DNA of 64,000 bases from Octopus vulgaris (taxonomy: Eukaryota), in NCBI GenBank assembly GCA_951406725.2, contig OX597815.1:115878001-115942000 (forward strand). The letters run 5' to 3'. Shown in pieces: positions 1 through 13,274 of the stretch. A program made the position numbers and the translations under genes. Each line of letters starts with the position of its first letter. The first letter of the stretch is position 1. The notes under the pieces are model-generated. The model worked only from the letters and a program-made list of their open reading frames with translations. It ran no database searches and was not told the origin of the DNA.

Positions 1-708
1 TAAATATTTTATTTAGTGAAGTTCAAAACACATATTGTGCCCTCTGTTTTCTCTTTTTCTATGATTTGTTTTTTATGTTATACTTCTTCCAAATGTCAAA
101 TTTTCAACTTGGGAAATAATGGAAGTGGTGTTGAGTATTTTCTTATTTGGTTCTATTTCGTATTGTATGCATATTTTCTCTCAAGATAAAGAGCAATACC
201 TGGGAATTGGTTTTGGCCTTTGTTAACAGACATGCATGGACCTGCTAATATTTTCTTTTTTTTCTTAAGTAGTAAAATGATTGAGAAACTTCGCCTCCTG
301 TACACAAAATTTTAACAAAATGCATTTATGAAAATTAGCTGCCAAATATATTTTTACAAATAAGGAATTGTAAATATGTATTTGATGGAACCATTATTAT
401 TGCCAGCAAAGTACTCTGGACAATCTAAAAATTGCACCTAATCATAATTCATTAATTGGGTGTAAGACACTTTTTAAAGTTTCTTTTAACATTTATTAGG
501 ATATAAACTAATGACATGTGAAGTAAAATATTCTTATACTTTAATCATGCCACTATTTAAGAGCCTAATATTTTAGGATAAGCAAAAAAATCAAACATAA
601 CTTAATCTTTTCAAATCCTTCATTATGAATTACAGCACTTAAATCATTAATACATACATTATTATTATTATCATTAAGTGGAAATATTACCATAGTACAA
701 TTATTGTA

Positions 709-893
709 TGTGGCACGTAAAAGCACCCACTACACTCTCAGAGTGGTTGGTGTTAGGAAGGGCATCTAGCTGTAGAAACTCTGCCAGATAAGATTGGAGT
801 CTGGTGCAACCATCTGGTTCGCCAGTCCTCAGTCAAATCGTCTGACCCATGCTAGCATGGAAAGCGGACGTTAAACAATGATGATGATGATGA
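709..893 (+). mobile_element. 5'-truncated RTE-clade LINE 3' UTR copy with (GAT)n tail
   Basis: GTGGCACGTAAAAGCACCCACTACACTC...GGAAGGGCATC...CCCATGCTAGCATGGAAAGCGGACGTTAAAC-(GAT)n. The same sequence recurs many times in the window and directly follows RTE ORF C-terminal sequence at 3447-3720. Confidence 0.8.
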
Positions 894-1953
894 AATGTAA
901 CTTATTTGAGATCCCCTAATGACTCTATCTAGGGATTCAAGGACAGTAGTTTTTTTCCATTGCCTTTTCTTGGTCGTAAGACGACTACTGGAGTAAGTCT
1001 CAACAAATACACAAAAATATATAAAGACATAAAAATTATATTTAATATAATTAAAGTAAATAACACAGTTATTATTTATATGACAATGAATGTTACTTTT
1101 TCATCTTATTTCTTTAAAGTTTTTGAGTTAAATATTTTTGTCAGGAACACAAGGCTAGCCAGCATATTATAGATCTTGGTCAGCTGCAGTTCTTTAAATT
1201 CATTGTACTCTATCAATTAAATAGAAAACTTAATCTCAAGCACTGACTATCACTAAGAAAGCTAATGAAATTTCTCATTTTATGTAATAATTTTCCAATG
1301 GATATTATGTGACTCACTTTTAAAAGGTAATAAGAGGGAAATAAATGTGCATTTCACAAACAAGTTCATAAACAGGTTTCAGAATTGGGCAACATTAAAC
1401 ATAGAACACAACGCATGGTGACATAATACATCAATATTTTAATTTGTGAAAATATAACAATAAGCTTTCCAGGTTTTCTTAGTTTACTTTTAGTAATAGC
1501 CATTATTCCAACATTATATTACTAATTTAACAAAATCTATTTTCACTGTTAGTGAGCTATTTAAGTAGTACATAATCTGCAGTTATTAACTGCTCATGTT
1601 CTTAACTATATATTATCTGGAGCATCTAAAATATATTTTCCAGTCAGTCAGAAACCCTATATCACATATTCTCTCTGCCTACACTTGTATATTGACGCTA
1701 CATTTTGTTTTATGCAAGTGGACTTGTGTGACTTATTATTAACTTAACACTTAGCCTTGACTATGACCCAGTGTAGATCTGGTTTATGTTTTCTATTACT
1801 AGTTGGTCTTCCACAAATTCTGTTGATATGCAATTCTCATCAGCTTTCACTCCCATTTTTTTTTTGTGATGTTCTCAAAGACAAGCATGAATAGAAAACA
1901 GCTGAATGCAGAATAGCTAGGTACACATCTATTCCTTAAAATGCTAACTGTAG

Positions 1954-2050
1954 ATTGCATATATGGTTTACTGCTCCCTTTAGCTATTTTCCTGTACGAA
2001 CTAATGAACGTGGGTCAGATCTTTCAACAGCTGTTGATATTTGTTCTAAG
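1954..2050 (+). other. Candidate internal exon of an unidentified host gene
   Basis: CTAACTGTAG acceptor and AAG|GTAAAA donor around 97 nt that are open in two frames (LHIWFTAPFSYFPVRTNERGSDLSTAVDICSK or CIYGLLLPLAIFLYELMNVGQIFQQLLIFVL). No recognisable homology and a weak pyrimidine tract. Confidence 0.2.
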
Positions 2051-3376
2051 GTAAAATATTCAATTAGCAGTTGTACCACCAGAATTGTTTTTGTTTTTCT
2101 TTTCATTTACAATGAAAACCAAGTGAAGAACAAATGGTCATACAAGCTCAGTCTGTTATTAGATTTGATAATTGCCATTACATTTGTTTTCCCATGGATG
2201 GTTTGCAATTCCCAGCTGCTGCCTGAATTTGGTTTATCCCTTGTAATGGATCATTTCTATTTAGCCTTTTCCTCTGTGTGACTGCTAGACAACAGGCATA
2301 CAATACAAAAGGTCCTTGCGAACAATTTAGAATGAATTTAATTATCTTTGTTTTAGAATATTTCTGATATCATTACATGAAACTTTAGTTTGTGACATTT
2401 ATAATCCCATGAAATTTTCAGCTATGTTCACTGTCTGCACAGTAAAACATGTATGTTGTCACAGTAAATAGATTTATTTCATCTATTTAGCTTTAAATAG
2501 AATCACAATGTTGACTTATGTGTTATAAAGACAGATATGATTGATATTGTTATTTCTTGGAGGAAATGGCTTCATGAGAAAATGTTGGCATTGGAATTTA
2601 ATTTCATATTATTTCATGGATAGGCAAAGAAGTATGGTGTTTATCAAATCAACAATGATTTATATGAATAATTAAATTTTATGTGGACATGTCTCATCAA
2701 AATGTTTCAATAGTTAACATATATACTCTATTTTATTTGAATTGAATGCTTTGTAATTTTGAATAAGTTTTGTGTCTGTGTGTTGGTTTAATGACATTCA
2801 ACTAGTTTATGCAAATATCAGCCATATTCCAAAGGTCATTTGTGTTTATTTGATCTATCACGTGTTTCATCACTTGACCTTTTTTCTAAGTTAAAGCGTT
2901 TTGGAAATATCCTTTAAACTATTTGTCAAGATAGATTTCTAACAGAACAGTCGGGTAGAATATTTCTAATCTTATAATTAATTATCAAACAAGTCTGTAC
3001 CTGTGCAGTATACTCAATTAAAATTTCTTTTTTAAATATGATGTATTTTTACATGCAATTTTCAAATTTTTATCTCATACAAATAAAGTTTGCGTCTTAT
3101 ATCTCTTATTTTCAAATTAGATTTTCTTTTAACTAAATATTTTGTACAAACAGATCTATAGTAACATATAGTTATTGTTGGAATATTCATTTAGGTTAAA
3201 ACTTCTGTGTTCATCAATTTTACTTGAGTGGTAAAATCTGTGGCTATGAATTGATTCCAGTTGACAGCCTAGTTTGACATTTGTTGATTAATATACATTT
3301 CAAACCAAATCTAATTAAGGATGTTGAAAATGATTTAAATGTATACTTTTATGGGATTGGCAGGGAATTTACTTAA

Positions 3377-4166
3377 CCCATTTAACATTCAGATTATTCT
3401 ATGAAATGTAATGCTTATTTATTCACATTGCCCAATTTTTTTCTCAGAGTGTAAGTGGCTTGAGAGAAAAATTGGGCATAAGAGGTATCAGATGTGGTGT
3501 GCAAGAGTAAAGACTGTGCTGGTATGGTCATGTGTTTATGGATGAGGACAGGTGTACAAAGAAGTGCCAATTACTAACTGTAGAGGGAACCTGTAGAAGA
3601 GGTAGACCCAGGAAGACATGGGATGAGGTGTTGAAGCATGATCTTTAGATGTTGAGTCTCATGGAGATGATGACAGGTGATTGAGACCTTTGGTAATTTG
3701 CTGTGCTTGTGATGTATCAAGCCAAGTGAAATTGTAGTTGTGGTAGTGCCAGTGACACATACAAAGGCACCTGTGCTGGCGACACATACAAAGGCACCTG
3801 TGCTGGCAACACGTGCAAAGGCACCCATGCCGGTAACACACGCAAAGGCATCCACTACACTCTTGGAGTGGTTGGTGTTAAGAAGGTCATCCAGCCATAG
3901 AAACCAAACCGATCAGTCTGGAACCTGGTACAGCTCTCCAGCTAACCAGTTGAACCATCTAACCCATGTCAGAATGGAAAACATGCTAAATGATGGTGAT
4001 TGATGTATATTAATCATGCATTCTTGTAGCTACGAGATTTTGATGATGCAATTCTTTACTTTTAGAATATATTGTAGGATAGGTTTGGTTAGCTGGATTT
4101 GGCCAGTTTGAACTGAAGAAGCTGGATTTTTGGGCCTGATATGTGGCTGGTTTAAATGCTTAAAGG
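3377..4166 (+). mobile_element. TTAA-flanked (piggyBac-type) MITE split by an RTE LINE insertion
   Basis: TTAA-CCCATTTAACATTCAGATT...ATTCACATTG (to ~3430) and TAATCATGCA...AAATGCTTAAAGG (~4010-4166) match the two halves of the uninterrupted copy at 32943-33156. Confidence 0.7.
3431..4004 (+). mobile_element. 5'-truncated RTE-clade LINE (decayed ORF C-terminus plus 3' UTR)
   Basis: Translates with stops and frameshifts to LREKLGIRGIRCGVQE*RLCWYGHV..MDEDRCTKKCQLLTVEGTCRRGRPRKTWDEVLKHDL, the typical RTE RLRWxGHV...GRPRKTW C-terminus. It is followed by ~27-bp tandem subrepeats and the shared 3' UTR with a GAT tail. Confidence 0.85.
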
Positions 4167-5583
4167 TTCAAGTGGTTATCTCCATATTCTAGCTGAATAG
4201 CTCAGATTTTGGTGTCAGTTCTTGTAGTTACTCACTATCTCCTATTCAGAACTGAATTCTCTTTACTGAGCTAATATATTTATAAATCAACTGTAACAAA
4301 TCTTCAAACACAAAACAAGATTTGAAGTCTTGTTATTGGGCACATCTTTGTCTGCAATTTTTCAGCCTTAGCAAGCATCTATGCATGATTCTTTTGTGTA
4401 GAAATACCATCTGGTTGTATTGGGGAGATTCCCATTTTCAGCCCAGTGAAAAGTAGTGATTTCAATTGTTGTGCTGCAACTTCATTATAAACATAACTGC
4501 ACTGGAGCTGTTGGAGACATTCCAAACAATCTGAACTATTAGTAGTCTTTGTTAGACATATTGTAATATTCATCATCATTGTAACTGAAGCAAAGCTCTA
4601 CATTTTTTAAAAACTTTTTTCCAGTAACACTTGTTGACAAGAAATGTAGTTTAATTTTAGAGTAACTATATATCAAAGAACTCTATATTTAGATTGTGAA
4701 TTATAGTGGTTTCTACAAGTTGTAGTAAGCAGACTAGTTTTACATCACTGCTATAATAACTGTAACTAACAAGAACTAGCTATGACTGCCTGTAGTGTAT
4801 ACGTGTAGGGAAGATGAGGTAGATCTTATTACTAGTTAGAATCACTTTATTTCATTTTGTTAGTGTCTTTGAAATGATATGAATCATTCATGTTGTGTTA
4901 TGACAGACAAAAAATATTTTCTTGTTTGGTGCTACTGTTTCTCCAAGATTTTTTCGTATGACTTCAATATTATTCCATATCCCATTAAAGAAGCATTATT
5001 ATTGTGGTTTCATTTTATGATTTCTGTAAAAAAAGGTATGAATAACTTATGTCCCCATATAGCCAAGATTTCTAAATTCAGAAAATTAATATTGCTATTA
5101 TTATTGAAATCTTGATATCAGTTAATATTGAAAATCAATATATTTATAAATGATTCAGGAGTAAAAAGAAAAAAAAAATCATTCTGTTGTCAATTAATAT
5201 TTAAATCTTGATGAGATAAAACTAGGAGTTCTGGATAAATGCATATTCATGATTTGCCATGTCTCATAATTGCTGATTGTTACTATTAATACCAATTGCT
5301 ATTTGATTAAGGATGCTAATGGTAGTGCGAAATGAAACTGGAAAATTCATTGGGAGAAAATTTTGTTGGATTGTAATAACTCTGAATAACGAATTAGTGT
5401 TTTAGCCTCCACATAATTAAATAGTAGCTTCTGTGTAATTCTGTGAATAGTTTTATTCTTTTATTATAGGATTTTTGAGCATTAAAATTTGTTTTACACT
5501 TGTTGAAGGATATCTATCTTTTCCCATTGTTTTATACTTAAAGAAAAGACATCAAGGTTATTATTAATATTTTATTTTTAAAA

Positions 5584-5750
5584 AGCAGTGAGCTGGCAGA
5601 ACTGGAAACACATCAGACAAAATGCTTAGCTGCATTTTTTTCTGGCTTTTTATGTTCTGAGTTCAAATACTGCCAAGGTCATCCTTTTGGGATCAATAAA
5701 ATAAAGTTTTAATCAAAGACTGGGGTCAAAGTATCAGCTTTCGCTTTCCC
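5584..5750 (+). mobile_element. Degraded tRNA-headed SINE (Meta-like central domain family)
   Basis: GCAGTGAGCTGGCAGAA...GTTCTGAGTTCAAAT...CATCCTTTTGGGATCAATAAAATAA; homologous to 26310-26535. Confidence 0.65.
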
Positions 5751-5760
5751 CAAATTTACG

Positions 5761-5795
<35 letters not shown>

Positions 5796-5838
5796 GTACA
5801 CACATATATTTACACATATATATTTACATGTATATATT

Positions 5839-5880
<42 letters not shown>

Positions 5881-5923
5881 CACATACATACACAGTATAT
5901 ATACATACATATATATATATATA
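5761..5923. repeat. Compound (TA)n/(CA)n/(TACA)n microsatellite
   Basis: Directly visible. Confidence 0.95.
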
Positions 5924-6325
5924 TCATGATCATCGTTTAACGTACGTTTTCCATGCTAGCATGGGTTGGACGGTTTGACCAGGGTCTGGGAAGCCAAGAG
6001 CCTGCACCAGGCTCCAGTCTGATCTGGCAGTGTTTCTACAGCTGGATGCCCTTCCTAACGCCAACCACTCCGTGAGTGTAGTGGGTGCTTTTTATGTGCC
6101 ACTGGCACAGGTGCCAGGGGAAGCTGGGAGTGGTCACGATCGGTTGGTGCATTTTATGTGCCACCGGCACGGAAGCCAGTCAAGGCGGCGCTGGCATCGG
6201 CCATGTTCAGTTGGTGCTTTTTACATGCCACCGGCACAGGTATCACAACTACAATTTCCATTTGATTTTTTATTTTGATGTTGATGTACTTGATTCAATA
6301 GGTCTCCTCAAGCACAGCAGGTTGC
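5924..6325 (-). mobile_element. RTE LINE 3' end copy, reverse orientation
   Basis: (ATC)n-GTTTAACG...TTCCATGCTAGCATGGG...GGATGCCCTTCCTAACGCCAACCACTCC...GTAGTGGGTGCTTTTTATGTGCCAC is the reverse complement of the shared 3' UTR. Confidence 0.8.
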
Positions 6326-7024
6326 CCTATATTTTTGTATATATGCACATATACATACATATACGTACATACTTAGATATATATGTATATACATATGCAT
6401 ATATGGTTACAGGACATCATAAAACAAACATGATATACGAAAACATGGAATACAAACTTTTCTTGCAAACAACGATAGAAACAAATGGAAAACAAGACAA
6501 GTAACATAAAGAAGGACCCTTCATCAGTTGTTGGTTGTTTATCTACTCCACATTTCAAGCAATTACGACAAGATGTGCCTTCGAGAAAACAGTTGCCCCC
6601 ACAAAGCAAAATGAAATTTGGGATTTGCAGAGGGTCAATGTTGGTAACCAAAACAGTACATTGAATAGTTTTTATTTCTTTGATCTGTAACAAACCTGAC
6701 CTAATATTTTTATGTGTTTCTGTAAGTTTCATTGATTAACTCACAATGATGACATTGAGAAACCAACAGGCATTTAGAATGAATATGCAAATCTTGAAGT
6801 TTTCACTATCATCATTACTTTAACTAGCAGAAAGACTGCCCTCTGGGTAGTTTTCTGCTAGCCCCTTCATAATATTTTCACATTTGATTCCCATTTCTAA
6901 TCATTTTTATAGCTTAAATTTAATTATTTCTTTGTATAATAGTGCTCACTTGTTTAGTAAATATTCCTTTCATTATTTTATCAGTCATAATCTCTCTTTT
7001 AAACAAGCATCATGGTAGTCCAAC

Positions 7025-7027
<3 letters not shown>

Positions 7028-7058
<31 letters not shown>
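7028..7058. repeat. (GA)n microsatellite
   Basis: Directly visible. Confidence 0.95.
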
Positions 7059-7060
<2 letters not shown>

Positions 7061-8564
7061 CATTTTGTCAAGTTTTACCTTCCCCTGAAACCAACATAGA
7101 GATTTCAGTTCAGCAGCCCATCTGTAAGCTTTGCAGTGTGTGAGAGGGAGAGAACATTGCAAATAATGAATGAAATAAGCATGAAATGAAAAAATTATGT
7201 TATACTACAGATATATACACCCCTGATTTTGTTGCCTCATAATGTCTAGAAAAATGGATACTTTTTAACAATTTTCTATAAATACTGCATAGATGTTGTG
7301 GCTTCAGAGTATATTTATGGGAAAGAATTTTTACAAGGGGATGGAGAGAGGAGTTTACATGCTATAAAAAAGAAAATTTGAGAAATTATGAATTTTTTGC
7401 AACCCTACTCCCTGCCCCTGGTTGTCTCTGTTTAGAAATTAAAATATTGGAGAATCTGAGGTCATTGCTGGCATTAATCCACTGTGATTTAAAAAAAATT
7501 ACGGAGATGTACTTGCATAGCAAGTGACTTGATCTGAGATCATGTGCTGAAACAAAAACAGTTGCAGCATGGAAGATGTTTGTAAACCATTCAAGGACAC
7601 ACAAATACTGTTAGTTTCACTTCAACATTAAAACTTCATTTGTGTCAAAACATTTTCGTCGCTTTGAAACCATGACCTGTTCATTGATAAAACTTCACAA
7701 AAATGATGCAGCATGAAGTTTTGTCAATGAACAGCACACACATATGCACACACACACATTCATTGCCTTTCATTTGTGTGTATGTGTATCTATGTGTGTG
7801 CGTGTGCAAGTGTGTATTGGTGTGTGTGAGTGTCACTGTTGAAGTTGTGTTTGGAAACTGTGAATAAGGTGCAAGTTTCGAGTACTTGTCAGTAACTTTT
7901 TGCTTTTTCTCTCATTTTCTAATAGTAATTATCCAAGTTTCTAGGCTCTTTTCACGGCTATCCTGCATTCAAAAATTATACGTGTATTTAAAAAAATTTT
8001 CTTTCAATAAATAATGTTTTTACATTGCATATACATTAATAGTGAATTAAAACTTAAAAGAGAAAGTGAGAGACTTTGCAAATGAAATTGGAATACTCTG
8101 CAGTGAATGCAATGAATATTTAAATTTGTGATGATTTGGATGCATTGAATATTTAAATTTGCAAGAAATTGGAATTAAAAAAATTCAATAAACTTGAGAA
8201 ATCAAAATTATAGGAAATTTCTTAGAACATGAATTTATAAAAATATTTCCAGACAGTCAACCCTTTAATAATTGCTTTCTTTTAATACTTTTAGTAAATG
8301 TTACATACCTAATTAATAAGCAGCTTTCTCCATTATAGTATAGATGTTAATTTTTCCATGTAGCATATACTGAATAAAACTGGAACATTGTTGAAAACAT
8401 CTGCATAATATCTTAAATAATTTAGGTTTTAAACAATAGTAAGGAATTCCTAATTATAAAAAATTAAACCTGATGTTTAACAATTTCACAATGTTTTAAA
8501 ATATCAATTAGCAGTTATGCTTTTGTTTTGATAGGATTTAAGTAAAAAATAATTCTATTTTTGA

Positions 8565-8890
8565 TACAAGGCCAGCAGTTTTTAGGAGAGAGGGCAAGTG
8601 AATAACATTGACCCCAGTGTTCAACTGGTTCTTGTTTTATTGACCCTGAAAGAAAAAAAAGCAAAGTGAACCTTGGTAGAATTTGAACTCAGAATGTAAA
8701 GCAGGAAGAAATGCTGTTAAGCTCACTACCTTGATAATAATAATTCTTTCTATTTTTGGTACAAGGCCTGCAATTTCAATGAGAGTGGGCAAGTTGACTA
8801 CATTGAACTCCAGTGTTCAACTGATACTTATTTTACTGACCCTGAATGAATGAAAAGCAAATTGACCTCAGCTGAATTTGAATTCAGAAC
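8565..8890 (-). mobile_element. Two tandem degraded SINE copies (Meta-like domain family)
   Basis: Two related units ACAAGGCC...GGGCAAGT...CATTGA...CAGTGTTCAACTG...TTTATTGACCCTGAA...GAATTTGAA(C/T)TCAGAA at ~8566-8730 and ~8761-8890. Confidence 0.65.
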
Positions 8891-9249
8891 ATAAAAGAAA
8901 GTTACTGTTTTTCTTGAGTGTGAGATTAATATACACCAAATCATGAAAATTACATCATAGAAGAAGGATGTTTACTATGATAATGTTGAAATACATGGAT
9001 ATGCTTTTTTCTCTTTTAACTTTAATGATAAACATTGTGTGTTCAAAAATGCTTTTACTGATTTTCATATAAATTATTAATTTTTTTTTTAACATTTGTA
9101 TTGTCTATTCTCTTGTTACAGTTTATCATTGTGTATGTTAAAATATCAGTTGCAAATTACACGTTTTCATAAAGTGGATTAATTGAAATAATTTTCTTAA
9201 TTCTCATTGATTAATAATTGGTATCAATATTGGATAAACAATTCTGAAC

Positions 9250-9251
<2 letters not shown>

Positions 9252-9288
<37 letters not shown>
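9252..9288. repeat. (TG)n microsatellite
   Basis: Directly visible. Confidence 0.95.
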
Positions 9289-9290
<2 letters not shown>

Positions 9291-10109
9291 AACTGTGCAT
9301 GGCTGCAGAGCTTAATTGTACAGGAATCAAGTGTTGCATAGAATGTAATGAGGCTATGGATGATTATGTAACTGTAAAACAGCAATGCAGAATGACATTG
9401 AATTTATGCAGAGGACATTTTAAAAATCATAAACATCAAATATAATGCAACCAGGTGGTAAAAGCTAGTGTTAATGAAATTTAATGAGAGTAAATTATTT
9501 AAAATTTGTGTATCAGCATATCTTGATTTCAGAAGTGAAATAAAAGCTAGCTATAAAATTAACAATTTGGTTGAAGTCAGTGTAATACTGATATCACAAG
9601 AAGTCTGTTAGGACTAAGTTGTCTGGAAATGGCTTGTCAAATGAAACTGGTTCTACTCATGCATGCATGCATGGTGAAATTGATGCTTAAATAAATACAA
9701 TTATCTCTCCCAAACATATAGAATATGTTGGCTTAGTCTCAAACTTAAACTTGTAAGTGTACTAAGAGTGAAATTATTGTTAAAGCTATATCTTAAAAAC
9801 TATGAAATTTGGCAGCATTCAAGATTTTTATTATGGAAATGAAAATTTCTTCAACTTTTGCTCCAGCCAATTATGCTCTTTTGAATATTGAGATGAAATT
9901 TGAATTAGATGTATATGGGTTGGTGGTGTTACTGAAGATTTTAATTTGTAGTAGAGATTTACACGACCTGTCTTACACAGAGATGAACTCTGCTAACCAG
10001 GTGATATATTTGTAAACTCACCCTGCTTTTATCACAGACATGTATTAGGCATACTTTTCTTTTGAAAAGTATTTATCTATTTGTGTGTATTATTTCTTTA
10101 TTGCTTGCA

Positions 10110-10211
10110 GGACAAAGGGATTAAGTCGATTACATTGACGCCAGTGTGTAACTGTTACTTATTTAATTGACCCCGAAAGGATGAAAGGCAAAGTTGACCT
10201 CGGCAGATTTG
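10110..10211 (-). mobile_element. SINE fragment (Meta-like domain family)
   Basis: GGATTAAGTCGATTACATTGA...GACCCCGAAAGGATGAAAGGCAAAGTTGACCTCGGC closely matches 26362-26450. Confidence 0.75.
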
Positions 10212-10629
10212 TGTGTATTTATTGCTACTGGGCTGCAGCTATGCTGGGTTTTTCAAATGTCTTAATCAATTCTATCAATCCCAGATGCTCTTCCTGTTAC
10301 TAACCCATTTATTTGCTTCTAATGAAATGCAAGGATATTATGTAACAGATGATTTTACAAATTTGTATTATAATTCAGAAATAATATTAAAAAAATGCTT
10401 AAGTAAAAGTTATTTTGGGTTGCCAATATCATGGGTATAGGTCTTGTAGATAAAGTATGCTATCAACAGAGTAGATAAATGGTGTAATTGAGGGAAGATA
10501 AGTGATAGAATAATTAAATGTAGATGAGTGATATCTTTGATTTTTCAGTTTATGCTACCCAAGTATAATTAATGGATAGACAAAATGATGGATTTATGAG
10601 GCTATTTTGACCATTTGGCAGCTACATTA

Positions 10630-10870
10630 CCATTATAACTGGTGATTTCAATGATCATGTTAGGGTAAAACTAGGAAAAGTGCACTGGTACACATAGAAG
10701 CTATGGTTATGATAGAAAAAAATGAGGTACTAAGGATTATAGTGTTTTGTGATACAAATGGTATCCTCATTTGCTAAATAGATTTAAGTATGCTAACCAG
10801 TCATCTGGTCATCCATGACTTAGGTGGTCTTGAGAACTAGATTGCTTTGATCTTATCAGGAAAGGGGCAA
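10630..10870 (+). pseudogene. Decayed LINE apurinic-like endonuclease (RTE-type) fragment
   Basis: ACTGGTGATTTCAATGATCATGTT = TGDFNDHV (APE GDFN motif), followed by degenerate YGY..N.E..RI..FC.TNG, SHLV and GG motifs with stops and frameshifts. Confidence 0.6.
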
Positions 10871-13274
10871 ACACATGGTTGTGAATATCAAGCCCAAACT
10901 GTATAGGTGAATAGTTTAGTAAGCAAATTACAACTAAAAGAAACGTGGAATTAAAATTCCCTTCTGTTAGGTGTAATTCCCAATTAGCACCATATGATGC
11001 ATATTTTCATAAAAAAGATGAGGTAGAAAAGTATGATATAGAGTACAATTGGGCATTTGCAAAATGAATCCACTGCTCATCAGAAGGCTGGCTGTATCAT
11101 TTACTTTCAGCATAGTTCAGATGAAAATAGGTAAAGCTTCAGGTTCATCAGGAGTAATCAGTGGAATGCTGAAAGTATATTTAATTATTAATCAGGTAGT
11201 ATAAGGTGTTATTGCTTATGTTTGGCACAATTGAGTCTTTGTAAACTACTACAAGAACAGAAGAGATGTCTTGGAGACAAGCAGTTAGTGCAAGTCACCC
11301 AGCTTGAATAAAAGATGTTTTGAGTCAACATAGGAGCCTCTACATGATCAACTAACTTGCTAGAAATCATGGCTAAATATGAAATTTGGCTGTCGTTGGC
11401 TGATACATAAGATCATATTGTCCTGAACTATCTCATAAAAGAATGAGATGTTCTTGTCTCTAACATTTTTGACCATGTTTGCTCAATGAAGACTGGTCTG
11501 GATGAACAGCCCTAATTGAACAAAGGCAACATGTTGCTGCTATGACAGTTTTGGATCCTTTGCTAATCACAAACTTCATATTTTTTAAACTAGAAAATAT
11601 CTTAAACATTTTCATATTCTGTATTCTGGTGGACCCTAAGAAAGTTATGTGCAGTTCCTTTTTATTTCTTGAGGCAATAATGCAGAAGTTCAGGAAACTT
11701 GAGAAGATGAAATGTTTTTATTGCAAAATATGTTGAATAGCTGCAGAAAAGTTTAAAACTTGGAAGAATATTTTAGAATCCAAGTTCAATGTGGATTGGT
11801 CAATGTACTAATTATAATCTTTGATAAAACTAATAAATGAAATGCTTTTTAATGTTCCATATTATTAAATATGGATCTATTCAAATATGCTTTACTGTTT
11901 TGTTTTTTAAATTTCATTTATGTATATTTATTTTGATGGCAAAATATTTTAGAATCCTCATTGTTTTTCACAATGTGGAAGGTAGTACAAGTTTTTTTCA
12001 TTTCTGTTTCATTGCAATCTTCTTAGATCAGTTCATTTACCATATTCCAGATTATCTTTCATTTTCCTCTCATCTAGCTGTATCTTCTTCAATCATCTCG
12101 CATCACTTTTGTCTCAATTCTCATTCACTTCATTCACTCTTATCATTCATTTTCATCTCTTGATCTGTCTGCTCTCTTGCAACCAACATCCGATGCCTTT
12201 TGATAGTTTTGTGTTAAACAGGTTATTAAAAATGACTGGATTTGATTAATGATTTTTTTTTTGCTCAGTCATTTAATAACTTCAGATGCTTCACTGTTCA
12301 ATTATTTATTTATGGGTGGCTAAAATAAACACTTGCAGTCAGTAATTTCATCTATGCTTTAATGATTAAATGCTAGTGAAAAATTCCATACTGAATAATT
12401 TAGCAGAGTTTTATATAATTAATAAATGTTTAGAATTGTTGATTTCTGTGTGTGTAAAAATGTAGCTTGTATGTGGATTTGATAAGGTTTGAATTTTCTT
12501 GGATATTTTGTGGTGTAGTTTTTGTAGCATCTATCAGTAGGTCATGAAATTCAATTTGTGAAGAAGGGAAGATATAGATTTATTTTGAGATTGGATTAGG
12601 AGTGAGGATATAATCAGCTGTGCTCCCATTTCCCGATATTACAAATATATATTTTCTTGACTTGGAACAGTGAAGTTGATCCTGTGTGATTTGAACTTAG
12701 GATTAAATCTAAATAAAACCAAGATGTTGAATTCTCTGCTTTGTCTCAGCTCTCTTAACCACCATATAAGAAAAGGGAATATATTGACAGGAATATTAGG
12801 ATGTATATGTTGTATATAAAAATAATGTTACTGTTTCTGTATGTTTACAGAACCTGGAAGCCATGAGTTTTTCTCAAAGCAATAAATTTTTTCGTAGCAT
12901 TTTCTTTTTTAGTTTTATTTTCATTTCCACTAAGATTTATATATATTATTATAAAAGGTTTTATTTTTATTCTAATCATTCACATGAAAGCAAAATAAGT
13001 ATATATTTATAGCTAGCTTTCCAAAGAGTATTAATTGAAATATAGGTTCATTTAGTAAAAAGAAATTAACTAGATGATAGATTTATCTAATTAAGTGAAA
13101 ATAGTTATATTCAATTATCAATAATAAAAATGCTATTGTGTTTCCTAACCATATTTGATGCTCATAATTAATTTTTCACTTAAACGGGGAGTTTGTTATG
13201 AAAAAAATATAATCATAATATGGCTAATATTCAAATATTGTTTTGATTCACTCGGTAATATTGTGTACTTTTCT

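Noticed and set aside
6505-6535. Complete hammerhead ribozyme on the minus strand
   Set aside because: CTGATGA is present, but there is no closing stem II plus GAAA downstream.
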